Source: an uncultured delta proteobacterium (GTDB taxonomy: Bacteria; Myxococcota; Kuafuiibacteriia; Kuafuiibacteriales; Kuafuiibacteriaceae). Taken from it: DNA of 64,000 bases. A program made the translations under genes and the position numbers. Below the pieces are notes generated by a model that made no database searches, was not told where the DNA came from, and saw only the letters and a program-made list of their open reading frames with translations. Shown piece by piece: positions 53,740 through 63,385 of this stretch. Location of the stretch: positions 1,216,001-1,280,000 of the forward strand of contig CAWDML010000009.1 of NCBI GenBank assembly GCA_963803435.1. The letters run 5' to 3'. Within the stretch, counting starts at the first letter, position 1. The number at the start of each line of letters is the position of its first letter.

Positions 53740-55020
53740 GTGCCGATGATGGTGGCCCAAGGCGGCCTCATGACCATGGGGCTGGTCGACAGCTTCATCG
53801 TCGGCCGTGTCAGCGCGCGCGACATGGGCGCCGTCGCGCTCGGCAACGGCGTCGCGGGCGTGCTGACGGTGCTGGGCGTCGGGCTGGCGATGGGCATCGA
53901 GCCCCTGGTGTCGCAGGCCCACGGCGCCGGAGAGACCGAGGGCGCGCGCCGCTGGCTGTGGCAGGGCGTGTGGCTCTCGGCGATCGTGGCGCTGCCCCTG
54001 GCGATCACGATGATCGCGGTGACCAGGCTGTTCGCGCCGTTCGGCGTCCCTCACGCCATCGACACCACCACCACGGCGTATCTGTGGGCCCGCCTGCCCG
54101 GGGTCGGCTTCAACACCATCTACACCGCCTGCCGGTCCTATCTGAGCAGCATCGGCCGTACGCGTCCGATCCTCGTCGCGGTGATCTCGGCGAACCTCCT
54201 CAACGCGATCGCCGACTCCGTCCTCGTGTTCTCCTTCGGACTGGGCGCCGTCGGCGTCGGGGTCGCCACCTCGATCTGCTGGATGCTGATGTCGGCGATC
54301 GCGCTGGTCTCGGTCTTCGCGCCCGAGGCCCGCGTGCGGAGGGGCTTCCAGGTGGTACGCCCGCACGCCGCCGATCTCCTCAAGGTGCTGCGCCTCGGCT
54401 ATCCGGTGGGTCTCCAGCTCGCGGTCGAGGTCGGGATCTTCGCGCTGGTCTCGCTCATGATCGCGCGGTTCGGCGAGACCGCCCTGGCCGGGCACCAGAT
54501 CGCGATCACCTTGGCCTCGGCGACGTTCATGTGCGCGGTCGGGATCGCGGTCGCGTCGACCGCCCGCGTCGGTCACCACGTCGGCGCGGGCCGCTCCGAG
54601 CTGGCGCGCCGGACCGGGCTCCTCGCCATGGGCATGGGCGGCGCGTTCATGGCGCTGGGCGGAGTGGTGTTCATCCTCTTCGGCGAGGCGCTCGGGCGCC
54701 TGTTCGCGCCCACGGATCCGGTGGCCGCCCACTACGGTGCGACCCTCCTCCGGATCGCCGCCGTGTTCTCGATCTCGGACGGGATCCAGGTGGTCGCCGC
54801 AGGGGCGCTGCGGGGCGCGGGCGACACGAAGTGGCCGTTCTATGCGAACCTCCTCTCCCACTGGTTGATCGGTCTTCCGCTGCTGCTGCTCCTCGGCCAC
54901 GTCCTCGGCATGGGACCGGCAGGCTACTGGTGGGGCCTGACCGCCGGTCTCAGCATCGTGGCCGCGATCCTGTCCGTCCGCTTCGTCCGCCTCTCGTCGC
55001 GACCCATCGCGCGGGTGTGA
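53740..55020 (+). CDS. MATE-family efflux transporter (NorM-like)
   Basis: About 12 TM helices; VDSFIVGR, SQAHGAG, LAGHQIA and DGIQ..GALRGAGDT. Confidence 0.92.
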   Translation: MPMMVAQGGLMTMGLVDSFIVGRVSARDMGAVALGNGVAGVLTVLGVGLAMGIEPLVSQAHGAGETEGARRWLWQGVWLSAIVALPLAITMIAVTRLFAPFGVPHAIDTTTTAYLWARLPGVGFNTIYTACRSYLSSIGRTRPILVAVISANLLNAIADSVLVFSFGLGAVGVGVATSICWMLMSAIALVSVFAPEARVRRGFQVVRPHAADLLKVLRLGYPVGLQLAVEVGIFALVSLMIARFGETALAGHQIAITLASATFMCAVGIAVASTARVGHHVGAGRSELARRTGLLAMGMGGAFMALGGVVFILFGEALGRLFAPTDPVAAHYGATLLRIAAVFSISDGIQVVAAGALRGAGDTKWPFYANLLSHWLIGLPLLLLLGHVLGMGPAGYWWGLTAGLSIVAAILSVRFVRLSSRPIARV

Positions 55021-55102
55021 TCAGACCGACGTGATCGCGGCGACCCTCGGACGATCGACCGAACAGAACCGGTGCCCATGCGTCGTAGGACACCGAGTCG
55101 AA

Positions 55103-56308
55103 ATGCGGACACTGGGACTTGCTCTGCTCATCGGCGCGGTCGCGCTCGCGGCCGGCTGCACGGATCATCGCCGCGGCGGCGGTACCGTCATCAAGCCCAA
55201 GCCGAAGGACGCGGGCACCACCGACGGTGGGTCCATCCTTCCGCCGGGATGCGAGGACAATCCGAACGGCTGCGTCGCCCACCAGCTCCTCGCGGGTGAC
55301 TGCACCTGCCAGGCGGCGTGCGAGGTCGACTATGCCTGGAGCGGCACGGCCTGCGATCCGCTGGCGACGCCGGACTCCGGGATGGAGGCGCCCGACGGCG
55401 GGATGGAGACGCCCGACGGCGGCGGCCCCGAGACCGACAGCGGCACGCCCGGCAACCCCGACACCGGCACCGTCGACACCGGCACCCCCGACACCGGCAC
55501 GCCCGACACCGGCGTCCCCGCCTGCGCCGTCAACTCCGATTGTCCCGGCGCCTCACCCGCGTGCATCGACACGGCGACGCTCGAGTACTGCAACGGGCGC
55601 CAGGGCTGCACCTGCTTCGCGTCGTGCGATCCGTACGCGACCGCCAGCAGCTGCGGCGCGGGCGTGTGCACCTGGCTGGGCGTCGATCCGAACGGTCCGC
55701 TCGGGCTCTGCCTGAACGATCAGGGCGGCGGGACCCAGGGCCAGAGCTGCAACACGCAGTACGACGCCCAGGGGAACGTGACCGCGGACTCCTGCAACCG
55801 TACCCGCAATGCGATCTGCTGGGGCGCGTCGCCGGCCAGCCCGGTCGGCGTCTGCACCACCATCTGCGGCACCGGCAACCCGGGTCTGTGCACGTCCTTC
55901 GGCAACTACACCTGCGACGATCTGGGCACGCCCTCCAACGGCTACGGCGTCTGCCTCCAGCCGCCGCCCAACTACACGGACATCGGCAACGCGTGCACCG
56001 CGCCCAACACCTGTCAGGGCAACCTGTGCTCCCAGACGCTGGCGGGCTCGTGCAGCGCCTCCTGCGGCGGCCTGGGGAACTGCCCGGTGGGGAGCTACTG
56101 CCTGGATCTGCCGGGCGAAGGCCTCGCCTGCGCCGAGGGCTGTACGCACGACGGGACCACCGGGGACGACACGTTCTGCAGCAACCGGAACCCCAATACG
56201 GTCTGCGAGAACCTCGGCAGCACCACCCCGATCGGCATCTGCATCCCCGCCTGTGCCGACGACACGCAGTGCAACGGCGGAACCTGCAACAACGGCCACT
56301 GTCAGTAG
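55103..56308 (+). CDS. Cys-rich myxobacterial-type lipoprotein with a PDTG/PDGG linker
   Basis: Lipobox LAAGC; many Cys-rich modules; DTGTP repeats. Confidence 0.8.
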   Translation: MRTLGLALLIGAVALAAGCTDHRRGGGTVIKPKPKDAGTTDGGSILPPGCEDNPNGCVAHQLLAGDCTCQAACEVDYAWSGTACDPLATPDSGMEAPDGGMETPDGGGPETDSGTPGNPDTGTVDTGTPDTGTPDTGVPACAVNSDCPGASPACIDTATLEYCNGRQGCTCFASCDPYATASSCGAGVCTWLGVDPNGPLGLCLNDQGGGTQGQSCNTQYDAQGNVTADSCNRTRNAICWGASPASPVGVCTTICGTGNPGLCTSFGNYTCDDLGTPSNGYGVCLQPPPNYTDIGNACTAPNTCQGNLCSQTLAGSCSASCGGLGNCPVGSYCLDLPGEGLACAEGCTHDGTTGDDTFCSNRNPNTVCENLGSTTPIGICIPACADDTQCNGGTCNNGHCQ

Positions 56309-57252
56309 GCGAGGAGCGCGAGCAGCGCCAGCCCGATCAGCCCGAACTTGAGGGCGTAGTAGACCGGGCGGCTCCTCTTCTTGAGCCGCTTCGCGATCAG
56401 CCGCACTCGATAGAAGCCGCCGAACAGCACGTTGATGAAGCCGATCTTCTCCTCCGGCGTGTTGCGCGTCTGCGCGCCGGCGATGAAGGTACGGCCGAAC
56501 CAGCGCGTGATCGACTCCATCCAGGCCCAGCGCATCGGGCGAGCCACGTCGCAGAAGAGGATCAGCCGGTCGACGTCGGTGTGGTTGTGCGCGTAGTGGA
56601 GGAACGTCTCGTCGAAGAGCACGGCGTCGCCGTCCCGCCAGCTGTACGGCTGGCCGTCGACGAAGATCGCGCAGCGCTCGTCGTTCGGCGTGATCAATCC
56701 CAGGTGATAGCGCAGCGACCCGGCGTAGGGATCGCGGTGCGTCATCAGCCGGCTGCCGGCGGGGAGGAACGCGAACATCGCCGCGTTGAGGCCGGGGACG
56801 TCCTGTAGCAGCGACACGGTGCGCGGGCAGTGCTCGACGGCCGAGGGAAGAAAGTCGCCGTACCACTTGAGGTGGAACCGCTTCCAGCCGCGGCGGAAGA
56901 AGCTGTTGAACGCGACGTCGTCGTACTTGTCCGAGGCGCGGACGCGCTGCGCGGTCAGCAGCGCCTCGGCTTCGCTGCGGATGGCGCGCCAGCGATCGGC
57001 GAGCGAGCGGAGCTGCGGGAGATCGGTGACGTCGAGATACGGGCGATTGGGGACGCCGGAGAACAGATAGATGAGGCAGTTGATCGGCGCCATGAAGGTC
57101 GAGTGGTCGGTGAGCTGGCGACCGATCCCGTGGCGGAGGCGGCCGCGGAAGTGGACGTAGAGGGTCGAGGCGAGGAACAGCGCGACCACGCCGTAGCGGA
57201 GGAGCACCCACTCCACGGGCGGGAGCCTGGAGAGGGGACAGAGGCCGGTCAA
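56302..57252 (-). CDS. Aspartyl/asparaginyl beta-hydroxylase family, lipid A hydroxylase LpxO-like
   Basis: DHSTFMAPIN, FNSFF..GWKRFHLKWY, HRDPYAGSLRYHLGL and FDETFLH; terminal TM helices. Confidence 0.88.
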   Translation of the reverse strand: MTGLCPLSRLPPVEWVLLRYGVVALFLASTLYVHFRGRLRHGIGRQLTDHSTFMAPINCLIYLFSGVPNRPYLDVTDLPQLRSLADRWRAIRSEAEALLTAQRVRASDKYDDVAFNSFFRRGWKRFHLKWYGDFLPSAVEHCPRTVSLLQDVPGLNAAMFAFLPAGSRLMTHRDPYAGSLRYHLGLITPNDERCAIFVDGQPYSWRDGDAVLFDETFLHYAHNHTDVDRLILFCDVARPMRWAWMESITRWFGRTFIAGAQTRNTPEEKIGFINVLFGGFYRVRLIAKRLKKRSRPVYYALKFGLIGLALLALLAY

Positions 57253-57348
57253 GCCGCCGCTCGGGCCGAGACCCCCCTGTTACCCACCTCCCGAACGATC
57301 TGTGGTCTCGAGGCAACAAAATCCTACATTAGACGACAATCCGACGGG

Positions 57349-58344
57349 ATGGGAACGAACCTGGACGCGGTACGGATCCGCGAGGCGCAGCGATCGGACG
57401 GGCTCCAGGGGGCGGAGCGGATCGGCGAGGTCGAGCCTGAGGCGCTCCGGATCGCCCGCGGTCTCGAGGAGAGCGGCGCCCCCACGCCGGGTACCAAGCC
57501 GTCGCCGCCCGGCGCGCTCCAGCGGCTGCTCCAGTCGGGCACGCGCGCGGTGGTCGGCGTGGGCCTGGCGCTGATGGTCGGGCTAGGGGGGATGGGCTGC
57601 GCCACCCAGGGGAAGGCGCAGCAGTCGATCGATCCGGTCCAGTGCCAGCGCAACACGGCGTGGGCCGCCTCGATCGGGTCCCAGATCGGCCGGCAGATCG
57701 ATCCGCAGCGCGGCGGCGTCCTCGGCGGTGCGCTGGCGGCGCTGCTCGAGCGCGCGGTCGGGTGCAGCACGGCGTCACAGATGACGTCCTCGCCGCAGAT
57801 CAAGCAGCTCAACCACGACATCGAGGAGGCGCTGGCGCTCGACTCGGCGAAGTTCGGATCGGGCGCGACGCTGACCGACCCGATGAAGCAGATCCTCGAC
57901 GACGTCGTCGGCGAGCTCGCCGATCGCTATCCGAACGCGAGGATCCTAGTGGTCGCCCATGCCGACGTGGCGGGGAACGTCGCGCTGATGAACCGCGGGC
58001 TGTCGCGGGAGCGGGCGAACGCGGTCGTCGCCTACCTTCGCGACGCGGGGGTGAAGCAGGCGATCGACACGCAGGCCGCCGGCGACACCGAGGGCAAGAA
58101 CCGGCTCGAGCTGGTCGTGGTGGAGCAGCCCACGAGCGCAAGCCAGGCGGACAATCCGTTCGGCATCCCAGGCCTGAGGATCCACTTCGGCAACGGCGGC
58201 ATCAGCGGCAACGGCCAGGGGAACGTGGGCGGTCACGGCACGCCCAACGTCAACTTCCCCGGCGGCGCCAACCAGAACGGGGTCGGCAACGGCCCGCAGC
58301 GCCAGTCGCCCGGACCAGGCACCAGCGGCTGGAACGGTCACTAG
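57349..58344 (+). CDS. OmpA-family peptidoglycan-binding protein with a glycine-zipper-like region
   Basis: AHADVAG..NRGLSRERANAVVAYL..NRLEL; internal lipobox-like GMGC; Gly/Asn-rich tail. Confidence 0.72.
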   Translation: MGTNLDAVRIREAQRSDGLQGAERIGEVEPEALRIARGLEESGAPTPGTKPSPPGALQRLLQSGTRAVVGVGLALMVGLGGMGCATQGKAQQSIDPVQCQRNTAWAASIGSQIGRQIDPQRGGVLGGALAALLERAVGCSTASQMTSSPQIKQLNHDIEEALALDSAKFGSGATLTDPMKQILDDVVGELADRYPNARILVVAHADVAGNVALMNRGLSRERANAVVAYLRDAGVKQAIDTQAAGDTEGKNRLELVVVEQPTSASQADNPFGIPGLRIHFGNGGISGNGQGNVGGHGTPNVNFPGGANQNGVGNGPQRQSPGPGTSGWNGH

Positions 58345-58346
58345 CC

Positions 58347-60665
58347 ATGCGGGGCCTCGTCGTCGCGTCGGTGCTGCTCGCCTTCCCGTCGCTCGCCCAG
58401 GCGCAGCTCTGGCAGCAGCACAACATGAACATCACGCCGCTGTGCGGCCAGCAGGGGACGTACTTCGAGTGGACGCTCGAGTACGAGATGAGCACCTCCG
58501 AGGTGCTCTGCATGAACGGTTGCGACACCACCGCGTGGATCGACGTCTGGGACTACAACGCGAGCGGCGCCGACACGCTCCTCTGCTCGGTCAACGTCTT
58601 CGTCTCCTCGGACTGGGACGGCACCGGTGCGTGCTTCACTCCGGTCCTCTACGGTGAGGGCGCGTTCGCGTGCGATCTGACGCCGTTCTACGGCGGCGCG
58701 GAGGGCAATGAGCTCGAGCTCTACTACGTGATGGAGCCCGAGATCCCCGGCCTGTGTGGCAACCCGTTCTGGAGCAGCCAGACCCTCAGCCTGCCCGCCT
58801 GCGGCTCGGGCAGCGGCACCAACGGCGCCGCGATCACCTGCGGTACCGGGAGCTGCAACTCGGCGCCCAACCCGCTGCCTGACGACGCCACCGCCTACGT
58901 GTCCTGGGACCCGTGCTCGGGCGGGTCGTTCTCGTGGACCGCCAGCGCCGAGTTCGAGCTCAACCACGATCGCGCCTGCGTCGGCGGACAGGCGACCGCC
59001 GGCGCCACGGGCGGTTGCACGGGCGGGACCGAGCTGACCGGCGCCGGGACCTGGAACGGCATCGCCACCGGGCTCCTCGAGATCACGCTCGCGACCGACG
59101 TCTCGGTGGCGTCCGCCGGGATCACCTCGCTCAGCGCCACCTGCATGGCCGGCACCACCGCCGAGGTGATCTGCCAGGGCACCAGCTGCATCACCTCGCC
59201 CAACCCGCTCCCCAACGACGCGACCGCCTCCACCCGGTGGGAATCCGTGCGGCGGCCAGGCCTTCTCGTGGACCGGCGCGGGCCAGCTGGAGGCGAACCG
59301 CGATCGCGTCTGCCTGGGCGGCATCGCCAACGCCGCCGGCTGCGCGGGAGGCGTGGAGCTCACCGGCACCGGGCCGTGGACCGGCAACGCGCCCGGCGCG
59401 ATCGACGTCGGCCTGTTCACGGATGGCAGCGTCGCCAGCGCCGGGATCACCTCGCTGGTGGCGACCTGCGGCGGCACCGGCGGCGGCGCTGCGCGGATGA
59501 TCTGCAGCGGCACGCTCTGCCACAGCGACCCCACCCCGCTCCCCGACGACGCCACGGCCGAGACGACGTGGGATCCGTGCAGCGGCGGCGCGTTCACGTG
59601 GGAGGCCCAGGGGGAGCTCGAGGACGGCTATGACCGGGTGTGCGTGGGCGGCGTCGCGGACGGCTCGGGCTGCTCGGCGGGCGACGAGCTCACCGGCGCC
59701 GGACCCTGGTCGGGCGCTGCGAGCGCGGCCGTGGTGGTGAGCCTCGCGACCGACGGCAGCGGCGGGAGCACGGGACTCACGCGCCTGTCCGCGACGTGCG
59801 ACGGCCCCAGTCCGGCACACGCGTCGATCCGCTGCACCGGCACCGGCTGCGCGAGCGCGCCCGTACCGCTCCCCGACCTCGCCAGCGCGATGACCAGCTT
59901 CGATCCCTGTGCCGGCGGCCCGTTCACCTGGACCGCCGAGGGCCGTCTGGAGCCGGGCATCGACCGGGCGTGCGCCGGCGGGATCGCCACCGCGGGGGCC
60001 GACGGCGGATGCACCGCCGGCGACGAGCTCACCGGGGATGGCCCTTGGAGCGGTCGCTGGAACGGCGCGATGGTGCTCAGCCTGGCGACCGACGACTCGG
60101 TCGCGAGCGACGGCTTCACGCTCACGGCCGCCTGCGGCGATACCGGCGGCGCCGGCGCGGATCTGGTACCAGCGCAGCTCACGCTGCCGGCCTCGGCCAG
60201 GTCGGGCGAGACGATCGCGATCGCCTACATGCTCCGAAACCTGGGCGACGTTGCCGCCGGCCCGCACAGCAACCGCGTGTTCCTCTCGAAGGACGACCGG
60301 CTCGACGACGGCGACGAGCCGATCTGTCGCGATCGCGTGGACGCGGCGCCGATCGGGCCGCGAATGCGGAGCTTGGACTGTCCGATCCCGGCCGAGATCG
60401 CCCCGGGCACCTGGCGCGTGGTCCTGCTGGCGGACGCCGAGGACGAGATCTGGAGTCGGACGAGACGAACAACGAGGCCTGGCAGTCGATCTCGATCCTG
60501 GGCGGTACTCCGCTCCCGCGGGCCACCGCGGACGGGGGCGGGTGCCGCTGTCTCGCCCCGGGCCGGCCGCGCTGGGCTGGGGCGTCGGCGGTGATCCTCG
60601 GCGCGCTATTGATCCTCAGACGGCGTCGCCGCGCCGGCGGTGCGCGAGCTCGAGCGCGCGGGTGA
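58347..60665 (+). CDS. Secreted protein with four ~110-aa Cys-rich CUB-like repeats, a CARDB domain and a MYXO-CTERM-like tail; frameshifts near 59245 and 60455
   Basis: Repeat consensus C.S.P.PLPD.A.A..WDPC.GG.F.W..ELE..DR.C.GG..ELTG.G.W..TD.SV.S.G; ADLVP..RNLGD..ESDETNN; GGGCRC..ILGALLILRRRRR. Confidence 0.75.
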
Positions 60666-61638
60666 ACGGACCGCGGATCTTCCGGAAGTAGGGGAGGAAC
60701 CGCACGAACTCGGGACGGAAGCCGTATTTGAATCGCCAGGTCCCGTAGTTCGGATCGCTCTCGATCGGCACCGGCCCCTGACAGCCGCCCAGGTCGTACC
60801 AGAGATGTCCCTGGTCGCGGAGCGTGCGCATCACCTCGAAGTGGAGGATCTGCGCGGCGCCCGGGATCTTCCGCTCCACGTGCGCCTTCGAGCGGGTCCC
60901 CAGCGCGTAGATGGGGACGCCGAGCATGTCGACGATCAACATGTTGGCGAAGTCCTCGCCGTACCGCTCCACGAAGATCACGGCGCGGCCCTGCTCGATG
61001 AGCGGACGGAGCCCGCTCCCGATCTGCGCCTTCGGCTGGTCGGGAGCGCCCTTGCGGGCGACCATCTCGAGGTAGGCCTCGGCGAACGGATCGAGCAGCG
61101 CGAGGTCGCGCGAGGCCTCCACGGTGGCACCGGCCTTGGTCGCCTTGCGAATGCGGTTGCGATACTCGGGCTTGAACGAGCCGAGGAGGGCGTCGTCGGG
61201 GCGATCGATCCGCATGAAGTAGGTGGTCTCGGTGCGGCCGAGCGCGCGGTAACCGGCGCTCTCGATCGTCTCCCGGAAGCGCGCGTGCTGCTCGAAGCCC
61301 TCGATGGTCGGCGTCGACGGGATCCGCAGCCGCAGCTCGGTCTCGACGGCGCCGCGGCGAAGGCAGAAGCGGTCGACCGCGTCGAGGAGCGCGCGCAGCT
61401 CCTCGGCCGAGTCGAACAGGAGAAAGTTGATCCGGCTGAGCGAGACGGGCGTGTACGGGATCCGCTGGAGGGCGATCGTCGCGCCGCCGATCAACTCGCC
61501 GTTCGCGTAGAGCCCGAGGTCGTGGTTGGTCCAGCCGGCCAGCGCATCCCAGAGCGGAACGATCGAGCGCGCCATCCGGTGAGCGAAGAGCAAACGATCC
61601 CAGGCGCCTCGATCGTCGACAGGCCGGGCGGTCAACAT
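60616..61638 (-). CDS. FemAB/FemX-like GNAT (aminoacyl-transferase fold) protein
   Basis: TYFMRID..LLGSFKPEYRNRIRKA, LHFEVMR..WYDLGG and FKYGF. Confidence 0.8.
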   Translation of the reverse strand: MLTARPVDDRGAWDRLLFAHRMARSIVPLWDALAGWTNHDLGLYANGELIGGATIALQRIPYTPVSLSRINFLLFDSAEELRALLDAVDRFCLRRGAVETELRLRIPSTPTIEGFEQHARFRETIESAGYRALGRTETTYFMRIDRPDDALLGSFKPEYRNRIRKATKAGATVEASRDLALLDPFAEAYLEMVARKGAPDQPKAQIGSGLRPLIEQGRAVIFVERYGEDFANMLIVDMLGVPIYALGTRSKAHVERKIPGAAQILHFEVMRTLRDQGHLWYDLGGCQGPVPIESDPNYGTWRFKYGFRPEFVRFLPYFRKIRGPFTRALELAHRRRGDAV

Positions 61639-62348
61639 CAGCGGCTCGCGGGCACCCGGAAGAGAGGCCGGCGATCGTACTTCCGGATCAGGAAGACGCG
61701 ATCCCCGACGAGCGCAAAACGTAGCAAGATCTTGTGCTCCATCAGGCGGCCGATCTCCCTCCAGCCGATCGTTCGATACAGCCAGAGGCCGGCGCGGTTG
61801 GCGGCGTATACGTAGCCGTAGGAGGCCTTGAAGCCGAGCTGATGCTGGCGCTCCTGGACGGCCCGCGCGAACAGATTCCCGAGGCCCCGGTGTTCCTCGG
61901 GCACGAAGTAGTCGAACGTGTAGACCTCGTCCGCGCGCGGGCGGATCGGGAGCCACCCGAGGTCGGGGTGGACGTGCGCCTCGGGATCGTCCGAGCCTCG
62001 GGTGAAGAAGACGTAGCCCGCGATCTCGCCGTCGAGCTCGGCGACCAGCCCCGACATGCCCTGGTCGAGCCGATCGGCCACATTCGAGATGCGCGCGGGC
62101 TCGGTCCTGGCGAGCATGACCTCGATGCGCTGCACGATGCCGCGGTCGAGGTCGAGCAGGCGAAAGCCGGTCGTCTCGCGGTCGCGATCCCGGAGACGGT
62201 TCTTGGACTCCGTCAGGTCGACGGCCAGCAGCACGATCTCCCGGTCACCGTCGACGAGGTACGTCTTGGCCCGCGCCCAGACGTAGCGCGCGCCCTCGCG
62301 CGGTCCCTTCTCGACCACCGCACCGAGCGCCTTCGAGAGCAGCGACAC
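61638..62348 (-). CDS. GNAT-family acetyltransferase
   Basis: FVPEEHRGLG and NRAGLWLYRTIGW; TGATG coupling to the FemAB-like gene. Confidence 0.78.
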   Translation of the reverse strand: MSLLSKALGAVVEKGPREGARYVWARAKTYLVDGDREIVLLAVDLTESKNRLRDRDRETTGFRLLDLDRGIVQRIEVMLARTEPARISNVADRLDQGMSGLVAELDGEIAGYVFFTRGSDDPEAHVHPDLGWLPIRPRADEVYTFDYFVPEEHRGLGNLFARAVQERQHQLGFKASYGYVYAANRAGLWLYRTIGWREIGRLMEHKILLRFALVGDRVFLIRKYDRRPLFRVPASR

Positions 62349-62375
62349 GGGCCCTCTGATAACACAGGAGCCGGG

Positions 62376-63335
62376 TCAGAGGGACGGACCGAGCGTCACC
62401 AGCTGGCCGCACGCCGCGCGCTCGTCGGCGCCGCGGGCGCGGCGGACCAGGCAGAGGTAGCCGGAGGCCATGAGGCGCGCCTGAAACGCCGCTACATCGG
62501 CCGGCGGCGAGGTGCCGAGCCCCTTGTCCCCGATCGGGTTCATCGGGAGCAGGTTGATCCGCACCTCGGTGGGAAAGTCCGCGAAGAGGCGGGCGATCGC
62601 GTCCGCGTGCTCGACCCGATCGTTGACGCCTTCGATCAGCGCCACCTCCACGAACAGCGCCGAGCCGCGGGCGCGACTGACGGCGGCGAAGGCGTCCCGG
62701 AGCGCGGCGACGTCGTGGCGGGCCGTGGGGATCAGCCGGCGGCGGACCACGTCGTCCGCGGCGTGGAGCGACCACGCGATCTGCGCCGGCCAGCCCTCGA
62801 GCTGAGCGACGGCCTTCGGCGTGGGCGCGACGGTGCTGACCGTGATGTGGCGGGGGCCGATGCGGAATCCGTCGACGAGGACATCGAGCGCCGTGCGGAC
62901 GGCGGCCGCATTGTCGAGCGGCTCGCCCATCCCCATGAACACTACGTTCCGGATCGGCTGCTCGGCGGCCTGGAGCGCCACCCACAGCTGCGCCGCGATC
63001 TCGTGCGGCTCCAGGTTGCGGGCGAGCCCCATGGTGGCGGTGAGGCAGAACGTGCAGCCGCGTACGCACCCCACCTGCGTCGACACGCACAGCGTCGTGC
63101 GCGTGCGGCCGGGGATCAGCACCGACTCGATCCGGGCGCCGTCGGCGAGCGCCAGCAGCAGCTTGGTGGTGCCGTCGCCGGCGACGGCGCGCGCCTTCAC
63201 CTCGGGGAGCGCGAGCTCGAGGTCGAAGAGCTTCGGCGGTCGCTCCCCGAGCTGCAGCGCCCGGAACACCGTCTTGGCCCGACCCGGCCCGATGCGCGCG
63301 GCCAGCGCACCGGGGCTCAGCGAGAGAAGATACAT
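62376..63335 (-). CDS. rlmN: Radical SAM RNA methyltransferase RlmN
   Basis: IESVLIP, CVSTQVGCVRGCTFC, FMGMGEPL, SLHA and AACGQL. Confidence 0.9.
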   Translation of the reverse strand: MYLLSLSPGALAARIGPGRAKTVFRALQLGERPPKLFDLELALPEVKARAVAGDGTTKLLLALADGARIESVLIPGRTRTTLCVSTQVGCVRGCTFCLTATMGLARNLEPHEIAAQLWVALQAAEQPIRNVVFMGMGEPLDNAAAVRTALDVLVDGFRIGPRHITVSTVAPTPKAVAQLEGWPAQIAWSLHAADDVVRRRLIPTARHDVAALRDAFAAVSRARGSALFVEVALIEGVNDRVEHADAIARLFADFPTEVRINLLPMNPIGDKGLGTSPPADVAAFQARLMASGYLCLVRRARGADERAACGQLVTLGPSL

Positions 63336-63385
63336 GCGGAGTCGAGACGATCTGATCGCTCAACTCACGACTGTCAACTCTCGAC

